The notes: generated by a model not told the origin, from the letters alone. 64,000 nucleotides of DNA from an uncultured Gemmatimonadaceae bacterium (GCA_963790305.1 CAWBOC010000005.1:416001-480000); one strand, 5' to 3'. Positions 8,746-21,594 are shown, numbered from the stretch's first letter. Numbers and translations: made by a program.

Positions 8746-9643
8746 AGCCAACGTGACCGCCCCGTTCGGGAAATTCGCAGTGCAGCGCATCGTTTGATTG
8801 CGCGGCTGCGCGCACTTCGTCGAGCACCTCGGGCGGAAGGAAGGGATCGTCAACGGCACTCACGAGAAGCGTGGGCACGCGTATGCGGTCGAGCCAACCG
8901 AGCGAGCTGGACCGCGTGTAGTAGTCGGTGGCATCGCGAAACCCATGGACGGGCGCGGTGACGGCGTTGTCGAAGTCCCACATGGACCGCAGGGTACCGA
9001 GGTCGACTTCGGGAACGATATCCGGGAAGCGCTGTCGTTTTTCTGCGGCCTTCCGCACCAGCGAGCGAAGGAAATGGCGCTCATAGACACGCGCGAATCC
9101 GCGATTGATGTATCGCGACCCGCGCGCGAGGTCGTACGGCACCGAAACCGCGGCGGCGGCGCGCACCGCCGGCGGTACGTCAGAGCCGCGCTCACCCAGC
9201 CATTTGAGCAGGACGTTGCCGCCGAGTGAAAACCCGGCGAGGACGATCGGCGCGTCGGGAGCCTCACTCGTCAGGCGGCGTATGGCAAAATCGAGATCGG
9301 TGGTCTCGCCCGAGTGATAGAACCGCCGCGTCCGGTTCATCTCTCCGCCGCAGGTACGGAACACGAGCGCGGCGGCGGACCAGCCTCGTTCGTGTGCGCG
9401 TGCAAGCAAGCCACGCGCATAGTGGGAGTTGGGAGATCCCTCGAGCCCGTGCAGCAGAACCAGGAGCGGACACGCGGGTGGTCCCTGTACCCGGTGAATG
9501 ACGAGCACGTCATCGTCAGGGGTCGGCCACCGTTCGACAGTGGTAGAGACGCGAGGGCGCCGGCGAACGAACTTTCCCCAGAGGGTGCGAAGATGGCGTC
9601 CGGGAACGAACCAGGCCGGGCGGTATGGTAGGACCCTCGTCAT
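8639..9643 (-). CDS. Alpha/beta hydrolase, YheT family
   Basis: LHGLEGS, YHSGETTDL, GFSLGGN, DDPF, GGHVGF catalytic motifs. Confidence 0.92.
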   Translation of the reverse strand: MTRVLPYRPAWFVPGRHLRTLWGKFVRRRPRVSTTVERWPTPDDDVLVIHRVQGPPACPLLVLLHGLEGSPNSHYARGLLARAHERGWSAAALVFRTCGGEMNRTRRFYHSGETTDLDFAIRRLTSEAPDAPIVLAGFSLGGNVLLKWLGERGSDVPPAVRAAAAVSVPYDLARGSRYINRGFARVYERHFLRSLVRKAAEKRQRFPDIVPEVDLGTLRSMWDFDNAVTAPVHGFRDATDYYTRSSSLGWLDRIRVPTLLVSAVDDPFLPPEVLDEVRAAAQSNDALHCEFPERGGHVGFIAGSLPWRPLYWAEWRVMEFLSSHLQPVADAKCP

Positions 9644-9786
9644 GCGAGAATGATAACGCTCACCGGGACGCCATTTGACATGCGCGGCGTGCCTGCCGAG
9701 CTTTCAATTCCTCTCACAGTTCCACTGAGATGCCTGGGGGCGACCGTTCGGGCCGCCCCCTTTGGACGCCCGGGAGTCTCCTCGCA

Positions 9787-11343
9787 TTGTCCAGCTCCAA
9801 TCCTCGCTTTGACGTGATCGTGATCGGCAGCGGCTTCGGTGGCGCCATGGCGGCGCATGCACCGGTGCTGGCTGGCGCACGCGTTCTCATGCTCGAGCGT
9901 GGCGGCTGGGTAGAGCGTGGTCCGCACAACTGGGAGCCTCAGGGCGCGATGGAGCTCACGCCGTTCTACTCGAAGGAGACGCCGGTCCGCGTGCACCAGG
10001 GACGGAGGTCATCGACGATTGGGCTGTACAACTGCGTGGGTGGGCAATCGGTCTTCAGTGGCGCGGTGGCGCTTCGCTTCCGTGAGCACGATTTCATGCC
10101 TGACCCCGATGTCCTTGGGGCATCCGAGGCCCAGTGGCCGTTCGCCTATCAGGACCTCGAGCCGTACTACGCGCGTGCCGAGCGTTTGCTTGATGTGGCG
10201 GGCGAAAGCGGCGTCGATCCGACGGAGCCTCCGCGCACCGCGCCCTATCCACATGAGCCGGCCAGGCTCTCGGGGACCTCGGGCGTCATCGCGCAGGCGG
10301 CGCGCGACCTTGGCCTGCATCCCTTTCGCCTTCCGCTGGCGATCAACTACCAGAACGGCTCGGCGCGACACGCGTGCCACGCGTGTACGACGTGCGATGC
10401 CTTCGCCTGCGCCGTCGAAGCGAAGAATGACGTGGCGACGGCTATCATCCCCGCGCTCGTACGAGCAGGGATGGAGCTGCGGCCGCGCACCGTCGTGACG
10501 AGACTGGTGTTGGAGGGCGACCGCATCGCCGGCGTCGACTGCATCGATCGCGACAGTGGTCGTGCGTGGCGAGCGCACGGGAATGTCGTCGTGCTGGCAG
10601 CCGGCGTTCTCGCGACGCCGCACCTGCTCCTCTGCTCGGAGCTGGAGCGGGCGAATCCCGCTGGGCACGCCGTCGGTCGCTATCTCATGCGACATTGCAA
10701 TGGACTCGTGTACGGATTCTTCCGCTATCCGCCGAACCCCGCGCGCGAGTTTCACAAGCAGATCGGCATCCACGATTTTTACTTTGGTCATCGCGACATC
10801 TCCGCCCCGCGCGGGAAGCTCGGTTGCATTCAGCAGGTCATGGCGCCGCCGATCGGACTCATCCAGGCCCGGGTACCGGCGCTGCTGGGACGGGTGCTCT
10901 CCCTGGGCGTGGATCATGTGACCGGACTGCTGGCGATCGCCGAAGACACACCTCAGCTCACCAATGGCCTAACAGTTGACTGGACACAACGCGATGCGTA
11001 TGGGCTACCGCTTCCGGTCGTAAGGCACGACTACACGCCACGCGACCTGCTCGCGCGCCGAGCGCTGCTGCGACAAGCCAAGCGCGTGTTGCGGCGCGCT
11101 GGAGCCCGGCTCTTCTATGTGCACAGCATCGAGACCTTTTCGCACGCGGTAGGCACGGTGCGCATGGGCACCGATCCCGCAACGTCTCCGCTCGATGAGA
11201 TCGGCCGATATCGAGGCGTCCGGAATCTGTGGGTGACCGACGGTAGTGTGATGCCGACTTCTGCGGCAGTGAATCCCAGCCTCACGATCTCAGCGATCGC
11301 ATTACGGTCCGGCGAAGCCATCGTGCGCGAGCTCGCGGCGTGA
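9787..11343 (+). CDS. GMC family FAD oxidoreductase
   Basis: IGSGFGG FAD motif, LERG, Cys cluster CHACTTCDAFAC, HAVGTVRMG, NPSLTI. TTG start after GGGAG is tentative (ORF opens at 9730). Confidence 0.9.
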   Translation: MSSSNPRFDVIVIGSGFGGAMAAHAPVLAGARVLMLERGGWVERGPHNWEPQGAMELTPFYSKETPVRVHQGRRSSTIGLYNCVGGQSVFSGAVALRFREHDFMPDPDVLGASEAQWPFAYQDLEPYYARAERLLDVAGESGVDPTEPPRTAPYPHEPARLSGTSGVIAQAARDLGLHPFRLPLAINYQNGSARHACHACTTCDAFACAVEAKNDVATAIIPALVRAGMELRPRTVVTRLVLEGDRIAGVDCIDRDSGRAWRAHGNVVVLAAGVLATPHLLLCSELERANPAGHAVGRYLMRHCNGLVYGFFRYPPNPAREFHKQIGIHDFYFGHRDISAPRGKLGCIQQVMAPPIGLIQARVPALLGRVLSLGVDHVTGLLAIAEDTPQLTNGLTVDWTQRDAYGLPLPVVRHDYTPRDLLARRALLRQAKRVLRRAGARLFYVHSIETFSHAVGTVRMGTDPATSPLDEIGRYRGVRNLWVTDGSVMPTSAAVNPSLTISAIALRSGEAIVRELAA

Positions 11344-12347
11344 CCGGAAAGACCGACCCGCTCGGTATCGCCTTCCTGGGATGCGGCGCGGTGACACGCG
11401 CGCATACACGTACGCTGCGGGCGATCGATGCCAACGTGCGGCTGTACTATGCGAGCCGCGAGCTCACGAGAGCAACCGAGATGAGCTCGCAGTGCAACGG
11501 GGCAGGAGCCTTCGGTGCCTACGAGGCGGCGCTCGAAGAGCCAGCGGTTGACGCGGTGCTCATCGCGACGCCTCCGGCGTTCCACCTGGAGTGGACATTA
11601 CGTGCCCTGGCGGCGGGCAAGCACGTCATCGTCGAAAAGCCGCCGTTCCCCCAGGCGGCGGATTTCGCCGCGGTGGAGAGGGCCGCACGCGCCGCGTCTC
11701 GGCAAGTGATGGTGGCTGAGAACTACTTCTATAAACCGGTGCTGCGGGCGCTGCGCGCGATGGTGCGCGAGGGAACGATCGGTGAGCCACGGTTCCTCGA
11801 CATCAAGGCGCTCAAGACTCAGCGGACGCAGAACTGGCGCGATGATGCGGCCCTCGCCAAGGGTGGGGCGCTCTACGAGGGAGGGATTCACTGGATCGAC
11901 TTCCTCGCCAACGTCGGGCTCGACGTCGTTTCCGTGCACGGCTTCCGGCCCGGTGCAGGCGCCGGCCTGGACCGCGAGATGCTGGTCGTGGCTCGTTATG
12001 CACAAGGGGCGGTCGGCGTGTTGTTCTTCTCGTGGAACACGCCCTCGCTCTTCAAGGGTGTGCGCCTGTCGCGCATCTTCGGAACGGAGGGCTCGATCAC
12101 CTTCGAGTCGAACGGCCTGTTCGTCCTTGCTCTCGGCAAACGGCCACGACTGCGGTTTCCCGGAGTGCGTGACCTCACGGGTACCCGTGCCATGTTCCGC
12201 GACTTTCTGGGCGCCCTGCGCGACGGACGCGCCCCCGAGTTCACGCTCGCGCTCGCGCGCCGCGATCTCGAGCTGGTCGAGGCGGCGTACCGCACCGCTG
12301 ATCAGCACACCTCACGACCGTCTCTCACCAGTTCACAAGGATCCTGA
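11340..12347 (+). CDS. Gfo/Idh/MocA family oxidoreductase
   Basis: GCGAV Rossmann motif, ATPPAFH, GKHVIVEKP, GGALYEGGIHWID; GTGA coupling to the GMC gene. Confidence 0.92.
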   Translation: MTGKTDPLGIAFLGCGAVTRAHTRTLRAIDANVRLYYASRELTRATEMSSQCNGAGAFGAYEAALEEPAVDAVLIATPPAFHLEWTLRALAAGKHVIVEKPPFPQAADFAAVERAARAASRQVMVAENYFYKPVLRALRAMVREGTIGEPRFLDIKALKTQRTQNWRDDAALAKGGALYEGGIHWIDFLANVGLDVVSVHGFRPGAGAGLDREMLVVARYAQGAVGVLFFSWNTPSLFKGVRLSRIFGTEGSITFESNGLFVLALGKRPRLRFPGVRDLTGTRAMFRDFLGALRDGRAPEFTLALARRDLELVEAAYRTADQHTSRPSLTSSQGS

Positions 12348-12351
12348 CCGG

Positions 12352-13176
12352 ATGGGCACCGCGCTCGCACTTTCGATAGGGCTCCTCGCCGGAGCGCACA
12401 CGTCCACGTGGGGGATGTTCAAGGACGCGCCGCACGAGGGATTCACGTACGCCAAATACGTGCGCTCGATTCTTCTCGCCGCGGTGGTCGCGGTCGTCAC
12501 CCATCGCGTCACCGCGCTCGACCTCACGAACTGGTCGCACGCGGTGGTGTTTTTCGGGATGGTGTACGTGATCGAGCGCGCGATCACGGAGTTCTGGAAG
12601 ACGTTTCTCCGGGTGGAGGATCAGTCGAAGTACTTCATCCCGATGCAGTTCCACGTGAAGGGCACCGTCGTACACGACCGGAAGGTGCAGCTGCTCGCCG
12701 GCGCTGGGTGGCTCGCCGCCGTGTTGCTCATCGTCTACGGCATCACGTGGGCGCAGCGGAACGTCAGCCTGCCGACGTGGCTGGTGATCGTCGCCATCGG
12801 CGGGATTGGAGGCTGGATCTCGGCGTTCGGCGGCGCCTGGAAGGATGCCCCAATCGAGGGATTTGAAACCTTCAAATTCTTTCGGAGCCCAGGGATCGCA
12901 GCGTTCTTCGCGCTTCTGCTCGCGTGCTTCACCGACAACTGGCTGTATCTGGCGCTGGCCGCCGAGGGGTATACGGTCGCGTCCATCGAGACCTACAAGA
13001 CCTTCTTCCATCCGAACAAGCCTCGCGGGAAGTGGGCGGGCAAGCCCATGCCGTACAATGACATGCTGAAGAAGCAATGGAAGTTCGTGCCGATTTACAT
13101 TCTCGTCTGGATCTTCATCATTGCCGGCTTCGTTCTGGGCTACGCGGGCCCGCATCGCGGGTTGCTGTGTCGGTAG
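12352..13176 (+). CDS. Polytopic membrane protein with two-fold internal repeat, unknown function
   Basis: About 8 hydrophobic segments; KDAPxEGF and ExxKTF motifs each occur twice. Confidence 0.8.
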   Translation: MGTALALSIGLLAGAHTSTWGMFKDAPHEGFTYAKYVRSILLAAVVAVVTHRVTALDLTNWSHAVVFFGMVYVIERAITEFWKTFLRVEDQSKYFIPMQFHVKGTVVHDRKVQLLAGAGWLAAVLLIVYGITWAQRNVSLPTWLVIVAIGGIGGWISAFGGAWKDAPIEGFETFKFFRSPGIAAFFALLLACFTDNWLYLALAAEGYTVASIETYKTFFHPNKPRGKWAGKPMPYNDMLKKQWKFVPIYILVWIFIIAGFVLGYAGPHRGLLCR

Positions 13177-13182
13177 GGGCGC

Positions 13183-13533
13183 ATGACGTTCTCGGTGCAG
13201 ATCTTTGGCACGCGGAAGAGCTCCGACACACGAAAGGCGCAGCGTTTCTTCGCTGAGCGACGGATTCAGGTGCACTTCGTCGATCTGATGGAGCGTGCGG
13301 CGTCGCTGGGGGAGCTACGTCGTTTCGCGCAGAAGTTCGGGGTGCGCGCCCTGATCGATCCGGAGGCCAAGCGGTACCGCGAGCTGGGTCTCAGCGCCGC
13401 CGCGCGTTCCGACGAGCGATGGCTCGACCTGCTCGTCGACGAGCCGCTGCTCCTTCGAATGCCGCTCGTCAGACATGGCAATCAGCTGACGGTGGGCCTC
13501 GCCGAAGCGGAGTGGCGCGCGTGGACCGCGTGA
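13183..13533 (+). CDS. ArsC/Spx family protein
   Basis: DTRKAQRFFAER, ASLGELRRF, EPLLLRMPLVR..LTVG; no N-terminal CxxC. Confidence 0.85.
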   Translation: MTFSVQIFGTRKSSDTRKAQRFFAERRIQVHFVDLMERAASLGELRRFAQKFGVRALIDPEAKRYRELGLSAAARSDERWLDLLVDEPLLLRMPLVRHGNQLTVGLAEAEWRAWTA

Positions 13534-13543
13534 TCGCTCGCCC

Positions 13544-15496
<1,953 letters not shown>

Positions 15497-15497
15497 C

Positions 15498-16988
15498 TCA
15501 GAGCAGCCGCGATCCCAACACGAATACCGCGAGCACGACGACGAGCACCGCCACGACGTCGAGGAGCAGGCCTGCTCGGACCATCTGACGGACCGTGATC
15601 TTGCCTGACCCGAACACGATGATGTTCGGGGCTGTCGCCGTCGGAAGCGCGAAGCCAGCAGACGCCACCAGCGTGGTGAGCAGCATCAGCGTAACACGCG
15701 GCTGTCCGACGGCGTCGGCGAGCGACGCGACAATGGGCATGGCCATCGCGGCCACCGTCGTATTCGAGGCAAGCTCGGTGAGCAGCAGGATGATCGCCGC
15801 GACGCCGAAAAAAATGCCGATCGTCGGCCACCCCGCGAAACCGGTCATGAGGTTTCCGAGCCAGGCTGCAACACCCTGCGCTTCCATCGCCGTCGCGAAC
15901 GAGAAGCCGCCGCCGTAGATCAGCAATACCTCCCATGGAATTCCACGCGCTTCGTTCCAGGTGAGGACCGGGTGCCGTTTTCCGTCCGGCGCACGTGCGG
16001 CGATGATGAACATCGCGAGCGCTCCGATCAATCCGACGGAGGCATCCGTCAGCCGCGGTATGAGATCCGTCAGGCCGGGAACACGCACGACACCCAAATC
16101 CTTCGGCTCGCGGATCACCCATGCGACAGCGGTGGCGGCGAAAATCGTCAGGGCGGCACGTTCGGCGCCCTTGAGGGGTCCGAGGGCCTCGCGCTTGAGT
16201 CGCAACTCCTCGCGTGCCGCATCGGTGAAGGTCACGCGCCCTGGAAACAACGCCATGAGCAGCAGCCAGCAGAGGGGGAGCAGTATCGCGACCACCGGAA
16301 GGCCGATCGCCATGAAGCTGACGAAATCGACCTCCGCGCCGGCCAGCTCCCGCGCCGCTCCCGCAAAGATGAGATTCGGTGGCGTGCCGATGAGCGTTCC
16401 CATTCCGCCGATCGACGCGGCGTACGCGATCCCGAGCATGAGCGCCGTTCGCAGATTGTCGGCATCCTTCGATGCGCCAAACAGGGCGCCAACCGCCAGC
16501 GCGATCGGGTACATCATCGCCGTCGTCGCGGTGTTCGAGATCCAGAGCGATATGAAGGCGGTAGCGAGCATGACGCCGAACACGACCCGCCGCCCACCGG
16601 ATGTGCCCACCGTTCCGACGATCGTGTAGGCAACGCGCGCATGCGCATTCCACCGTTCGAGCGCCGCGGCGAGCATGAACCCGGCGAGAAACAGGAAGAT
16701 GAACTCGTTCGCGTACGGCGTGGCTGCCTCACGAGGCGTCGCGACTCCGAGTACAGGGAAGAGCACGAGCGGGAGGAGCGCCGTCGCGCCGAGCGGAATC
16801 GGGCCGGTCAGCCACCAGACCGTCATCCACGCGGCCACGCCCAGGACGCGAGCGCCCGCGGGGGTGAGTTCCGCGGGCGCGAGCCAGGTGATGGCGAGGA
16901 AAATGAGCGGCCCGGCGGCGAGGGCGACGAGCCGGGCAACGCCTGGCGTGTCGAGGAGAGCCTCGGACTCCCGGCGCTCAGCGGCCAC
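15498..16988 (-). CDS. DASS/SLC13 family anion:sodium symporter
   Basis: ISNTAT and ASNTTV SNT motifs, GTLIGTPPN, ATAPNIIVFGSG; many TM helices. Confidence 0.92.
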   Translation of the reverse strand: MAAERRESEALLDTPGVARLVALAAGPLIFLAITWLAPAELTPAGARVLGVAAWMTVWWLTGPIPLGATALLPLVLFPVLGVATPREAATPYANEFIFLFLAGFMLAAALERWNAHARVAYTIVGTVGTSGGRRVVFGVMLATAFISLWISNTATTAMMYPIALAVGALFGASKDADNLRTALMLGIAYAASIGGMGTLIGTPPNLIFAGAARELAGAEVDFVSFMAIGLPVVAILLPLCWLLLMALFPGRVTFTDAAREELRLKREALGPLKGAERAALTIFAATAVAWVIREPKDLGVVRVPGLTDLIPRLTDASVGLIGALAMFIIAARAPDGKRHPVLTWNEARGIPWEVLLIYGGGFSFATAMEAQGVAAWLGNLMTGFAGWPTIGIFFGVAAIILLLTELASNTTVAAMAMPIVASLADAVGQPRVTLMLLTTLVASAGFALPTATAPNIIVFGSGKITVRQMVRAGLLLDVVAVLVVVLAVFVLGSRLL

Positions 16989-17002
16989 GCGTGCCGCGGG
17001 GA

Positions 17003-17791
17003 CTACGCGATGATGCTGCTGGCCTCACGCTCGCGGCGATGATCGCGCGCGGCCGTCGTGAACGCCTCGAAGAGTCGCCGCGTGAGCGGATCCTTGTCGA
17101 GAAGAACCTCTGGATGCCACTGCACCGCGAGGAGGAACTGATCACCACGGAGCTCGATTGCCTCGATGAGCCCATCCGGGGCAGTCGCTGACACGACGAA
17201 GCCTTTGGCCAGGTCGCGAATGCCCTGGTGGTGCATGCTGTTCACCTGACGCTCGCCTGAGCCCACGATCTCGGCCAGGTGCGTGCCTTCGCGGACGGTC
17301 ACGGAGTGCGCGAGATGATCTCGCGCGTAGCCGTCGCGGAATGGGAAGTAGTCGTGCTTAATGGACGTCGGCCGCTGCGACGCGAGATCCTGCCAGAGCG
17401 TTCCACCACCGGCGAGATTGACGAGCTGCAGGCCGCGACAGACGCCGAGTACGGGCTTGCGATCCCGCAACGCCCATTCGGTGAGAATCAGCTCGACGCG
17501 GTCGCGCGCCGAATCGGATCGGTCGCAGTTCGGGTGGCGGTGCTCGCCATACATGGCCGGGTCGATGTCCGCTCCGCCGGGCAGAAAGACTCCATCGAGC
17601 TCGTCGTAAATACCGCGCAACGTGTCGGTGTCGTCCGGGAGGAGCGGAATCATCCACGGGATTCCGCCCGTGCCCGTGAGCGCCTGGATGTAGCGCTGGC
17701 TCATGGCCCACGACGGCGGAAAATCAGCTGGAATCCCCCCAAAGCTCTGCAAGCCCTGCGTGGGGATCCCGATTATGGGGCGTTTTGACAT
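17003..17791 (-). CDS. Gamma-glutamyl-gamma-aminobutyrate hydrolase-like (peptidase C26, PuuD family)
   Basis: PGGADIDP, GVCRGLQ nucleophile Cys, VNSMHHQG, VQWHPE. Confidence 0.93.
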   Translation of the reverse strand: MSKRPIIGIPTQGLQSFGGIPADFPPSWAMSQRYIQALTGTGGIPWMIPLLPDDTDTLRGIYDELDGVFLPGGADIDPAMYGEHRHPNCDRSDSARDRVELILTEWALRDRKPVLGVCRGLQLVNLAGGGTLWQDLASQRPTSIKHDYFPFRDGYARDHLAHSVTVREGTHLAEIVGSGERQVNSMHHQGIRDLAKGFVVSATAPDGLIEAIELRGDQFLLAVQWHPEVLLDKDPLTRRLFEAFTTAARDHRREREASSIIA

Positions 17792-17843
17792 GGGAAACGG
17801 ATAAGGACTGCGCTCGGTGAGCCGCGGTAAAGATACCCCACCG

Positions 17844-19076
17844 CTAGGCAGGAAGCTCGCCAGTCACGTCTGACGCGCGAGCTGCGCCGAGGTCAAACCC
17901 ACGGACGTCACCCAGGCCATCGCCGCGACCCTCCGCGGGCACATTCGCCTGACGCTCGCTAGGCGACGCGGTTCGTACGCCCTCCTCAGTCTCGCGGATG
18001 AGCTGATCGACCACCGCCTGGAAGTTCCCCGTACGCTGATACGTGGCGAGTTGACGGTCGGCGCTCGTCCCTTCGTCGAGAATCCGGAAAGCGTACTCGA
18101 CCTCCTTCCGGCTTCCCAGGTCATCGACCACGTCATCGATGAACCACTCGATCATCTCCCGGATGAGCGCCCGCGCTGGAAGGTCGAGCTGCTTGCCGAA
18201 ATCGATGAGCTTTCCATCGAGACCGAACCGGGCTGCCCGCCACTTGTTCTCTTCAATGAGCGTCTGCGGGTAGACGCGGAACGTCATGTTGTCGCGGCGG
18301 AGCTTCCAGAGCTTGGCCACGACGGCCTGGAGGATCGCGGCGATGCACACGGCCTCATCGACGCGGGTGCACACATCGCAAACGCGGAACTCGAGCGTCG
18401 GGAACTTGTGATGCGGTCGCACGTCCCACCAAATCTTCGAGCCGTCAGGGATGCTGTTCGTCTTCACGAGTGACTCGAGCAGCGACTGGTAGCTCGCGTA
18501 CGAGTCCATGACCGGCGGCACACCCGTCCGGGGGAAGTTCTTGAAGACGACGCTGCGATACGACTTCAACCCGGTGTTGCGTCCCATCCAGAAGGGGGAG
18601 CTCGTCGAGAGGCAGAGGACGTGCGGGAGCAGGTAGCGCGACACGTTCATCGTGTCGATCAGGAAATCACGATCCTCGATGCCGATGTGGACATGCGTGC
18701 CAAAAATGAGAAGCTGCTGGGCCAGGTCGGCGAGGTCCTGCTTGACACCGATGTAACGCTCGAGCGGCGTGATCTCCTGCGTAATCCAGGAGGAGAAGGG
18801 GTGCGTCCCGGCGGCGACGATGCGCAGGTCCTTTCGTGCCGCGAGATCCATGACGATGCGGCGCAAGCGGACGAGCTCACTGCGCGCCTCGGCGGGCGTC
18901 CGGCAGACTTTCGTGCCGATCTCGACCATCGACTGGTGCAGCTCGGGCTTCACCTCCTCGAGGACGAGGTGGTCCCCCTCGAGAATCTCGGTGATGTAGG
19001 AGCGCAGCTCCCGCGTCCGCGGGTCGATGATCTGGTACTCTTCCTCGATGCCTAACGTCAGAGAGGGAGGTTGCAT
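17844..19076 (-). CDS. Carboxylate-amine ligase (YbdK/GCS2 family)
   Basis: [52 protein letters not shown]. Confidence 0.95.
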   Translation of the reverse strand: MQPPSLTLGIEEEYQIIDPRTRELRSYITEILEGDHLVLEEVKPELHQSMVEIGTKVCRTPAEARSELVRLRRIVMDLAARKDLRIVAAGTHPFSSWITQEITPLERYIGVKQDLADLAQQLLIFGTHVHIGIEDRDFLIDTMNVSRYLLPHVLCLSTSSPFWMGRNTGLKSYRSVVFKNFPRTGVPPVMDSYASYQSLLESLVKTNSIPDGSKIWWDVRPHHKFPTLEFRVCDVCTRVDEAVCIAAILQAVVAKLWKLRRDNMTFRVYPQTLIEENKWRAARFGLDGKLIDFGKQLDLPARALIREMIEWFIDDVVDDLGSRKEVEYAFRILDEGTSADRQLATYQRTGNFQAVVDQLIRETEEGVRTASPSERQANVPAEGRGDGLGDVRGFDLGAARASDVTGELPA

Positions 19077-19090
19077 ATGGGCTCAGGGTG

Positions 19091-20485
19091 CTAGCGCTTC
19101 TCCACGAGCATGGTCGGTACCGACGATCCGCCCCCCGCCGTCACGTTGAGCAGCGCGGCCGTGGAGAGGCGAGTGAGGCAACCGTCGACGTACTGGCCGT
19201 ACACGACGTACGGTGCGGTATCCAGCATGCGGTCCGCCACGATGAGCCGCCCGTCTACCACGCTGGGATATGGCTCGCTCGGCAGCGATACCCGCTCCTG
19301 CACGATGTATGGCTCCCGCAGGGCGGTGCGCAATGCCTCGGCCCACGCGGCATCGTTTACCTCCCACCCGAGAACGATTCCCTTCCCTCCGTATTCGTCA
19401 TTGGGCTTGAGGACGAGCTGATCCTTGTGCTCGGCGATGAACTCCACGAGGTCGACGGCGGTGTCGTCGTGCGTCGTGCGCCGCTCCTCGACGACCCGGG
19501 TCCACGGGACATTCGCCGCGATCACCTCGCGTTCCTGCGGTGTGAAGAGCGCTGCGTTGCGCTCGTCGGTGAGCACGGCCAAACTCGCCTTCTTGTGAAG
19601 GATCTTGCAGGCGAACGGATTCACCATGCAGACGGCGCGCTCACGCACCGCACGGACGACCGCATGGTCAATTCCGCCGCGCTCGACGAGCTCGCTGATG
19701 AGCACCCGCTTGTAAATGAGATCGACGGGCGCGCCATCGAACGTCAGCTTGCCACCGCGGAACTCGGCGTTCCGCGGGTCGACGACGACGCAGGGGATGC
19801 CCTGGCGCTCCGCGTACTCCTGAAACAGCGTGAACTCTCGACGCGTCGGCACATCGAGCCAGTCGAGGACCGCAATGCGAGGTGCGGCGCGCGTGCCCGA
19901 CCACGCCTCATAGGCGTCGAGGAGGGCGTGCAGCACGTTGTGACGTGCGGGGATGGGTCGGACGTCCCAACGCTTCACAAACTCTCGCATCGCCGGAAGC
20001 GCGTAGAACACCTCGGTCAGAACGTCGTTGAACGACGGGCCGGCCGGGGTCTCGGCGTTGTACTCGGTGAAGCGGAGCCCGTCGTCTCCAGCGAAAAAGG
20101 CATCCAGTCGCGACACCGGGCTCGGCCAGGGAAACCCAGGGTCGTCGAGGACGAACTCTTCCTCCCACGGCGTCAGGCGGAACTGCGCGCGTACCGTGCG
20201 GTCAGCGATGGCAGCTGCGTGAGCGCGCCCGAATGCGCCCATGAGCGCCCCGGCTCGTCGCTGAAGAAGCCGATACTGGGCCGGCGCCATGAAGCGCGGC
20301 CGCAGCACGGTGCATAACGGGCGGGCGCCGAAGAGGAGATCACGCCGGCGAATCTGCTCGTCGAGCACCGCCTGCGAGTCCGCGGCGACATCAGCGGTGA
20401 GGACGTCGTGATAGGCCTCGACGGCATCCCGCACGGGATCGGCGACCACGGCGGCGGCCGGCCGCGGAGCCGTTCCCGCCGTCAT
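19091..20485 (-). CDS. Circularly permuted ATP-grasp (glutathionylspermidine synthase-like) ligase
   Basis: SRLDAF..EYNAETPAG near the N-terminus, VDLIYKR, LVLKPNDEYGGKGI, YIVQE, LNVTAGGG at the C-terminus. Confidence 0.85.
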   Translation of the reverse strand: MTAGTAPRPAAAVVADPVRDAVEAYHDVLTADVAADSQAVLDEQIRRRDLLFGARPLCTVLRPRFMAPAQYRLLQRRAGALMGAFGRAHAAAIADRTVRAQFRLTPWEEEFVLDDPGFPWPSPVSRLDAFFAGDDGLRFTEYNAETPAGPSFNDVLTEVFYALPAMREFVKRWDVRPIPARHNVLHALLDAYEAWSGTRAAPRIAVLDWLDVPTRREFTLFQEYAERQGIPCVVVDPRNAEFRGGKLTFDGAPVDLIYKRVLISELVERGGIDHAVVRAVRERAVCMVNPFACKILHKKASLAVLTDERNAALFTPQEREVIAANVPWTRVVEERRTTHDDTAVDLVEFIAEHKDQLVLKPNDEYGGKGIVLGWEVNDAAWAEALRTALREPYIVQERVSLPSEPYPSVVDGRLIVADRMLDTAPYVVYGQYVDGCLTRLSTAALLNVTAGGGSSVPTMLVEKR

Positions 20486-21540
20486 GACGACTCCCGCGAC
20501 GGATGGGTGGGTCGCTTCTTCGAGGGCGCGGGAGTCAAGGCAGGGCTCACGGCGGGGCGAGCGGCAGCGCGGGGGATGTCCACCTCCCTGTCCGGATGGG
20601 CGATGGCGTCCAGCTCACGCCGCCCGAGCAGGAACTCGCCCCGACGAGGCTCACGCGCGGGGTGCGTCGTCTTGGCCAGCCGAATCGCAAGGTCGGCCAT
20701 TCTCGATACCGCCCACTCGAAGTAGTGCGGCGTGAGCGAATACACGTCCATGTCCGGCGCCGGATTCATGAAATCGATCGCGTACGGCACGCCGTCGCGC
20801 ACCGCCCACTCCATCGAGTTCATGTCGTAGCCAAGTGCCCTCACGAGCGTGAGTGAGTCATCGACGATGCGTTTGCCGAGCTCCGGTGAGAGATGCTCGT
20901 GCTCCACGAGATATTTGCGCTCACGCGGATCGTACTTCATCGGCAGCACATCGCGCTGACCGATCACCAGACAGCGGACGAAGTGTTCCCACTCGATGAA
21001 CTCCTGCACGATCATCGTGAGGCGGCCGGACTGGTTGTAGCTCTGCAGAAGCTCGTCCACCGTCCGGCACACGTAGACGTCGCGCCATCCCCCACCATGG
21101 GCATCCTTGAGGATGCAGGGCATGCCGACGTAGTCGACGATGGCCTTCCAGTCGAGCGGGTATTGCAGGTTGCGGAGACTCTCGTCGTGGATGATTCCCG
21201 GAATGTATTCCTTGTTGGGCAGCGCCACCGTTCGAGGGCTGGCGACGCCGAGCTTCGTGGCGAGTGCCGCCCCGAAGAGCTTGTCGTCCGCCGACCACAT
21301 GAACGGGTTGTTGACGACCGTCGCTCCCTGAAGGGCGGCGTACTTGAGGTACGTCCGGTAGTACGGGACCTCGTGCGAGATACGGTCGATGATGACGGAG
21401 TACGGCACGGGGTCATCCATACACGTGCCGCCCAGCGTCACGAACTCAGCCTCGACGCCCACGTCGCGGCGCCGAATCTCGTCGATGAAGGCCGGCGGGA
21501 AGGACCATTCGCGGCCAACGAGGAGGCCAATCTTTGTCAT
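20482..21540 (-). CDS. RimK-like ATP-grasp protein
   Basis: IIDRISH, VVNNPFMWSADDK, ILKDAHGGGW, IVQEFI, AIDFMNPAPD. Confidence 0.85.
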   Translation of the reverse strand: MTKIGLLVGREWSFPPAFIDEIRRRDVGVEAEFVTLGGTCMDDPVPYSVIIDRISHEVPYYRTYLKYAALQGATVVNNPFMWSADDKLFGAALATKLGVASPRTVALPNKEYIPGIIHDESLRNLQYPLDWKAIVDYVGMPCILKDAHGGGWRDVYVCRTVDELLQSYNQSGRLTMIVQEFIEWEHFVRCLVIGQRDVLPMKYDPRERKYLVEHEHLSPELGKRIVDDSLTLVRALGYDMNSMEWAVRDGVPYAIDFMNPAPDMDVYSLTPHYFEWAVSRMADLAIRLAKTTHPAREPRRGEFLLGRRELDAIAHPDREVDIPRAAARPAVSPALTPAPSKKRPTHPSRESS

Positions 21541-21594
21541 AGCGAGTACCCCGTTAGAGCTAGCTACGGAACTGCGAGCAGCTCGCAGTCGGCT

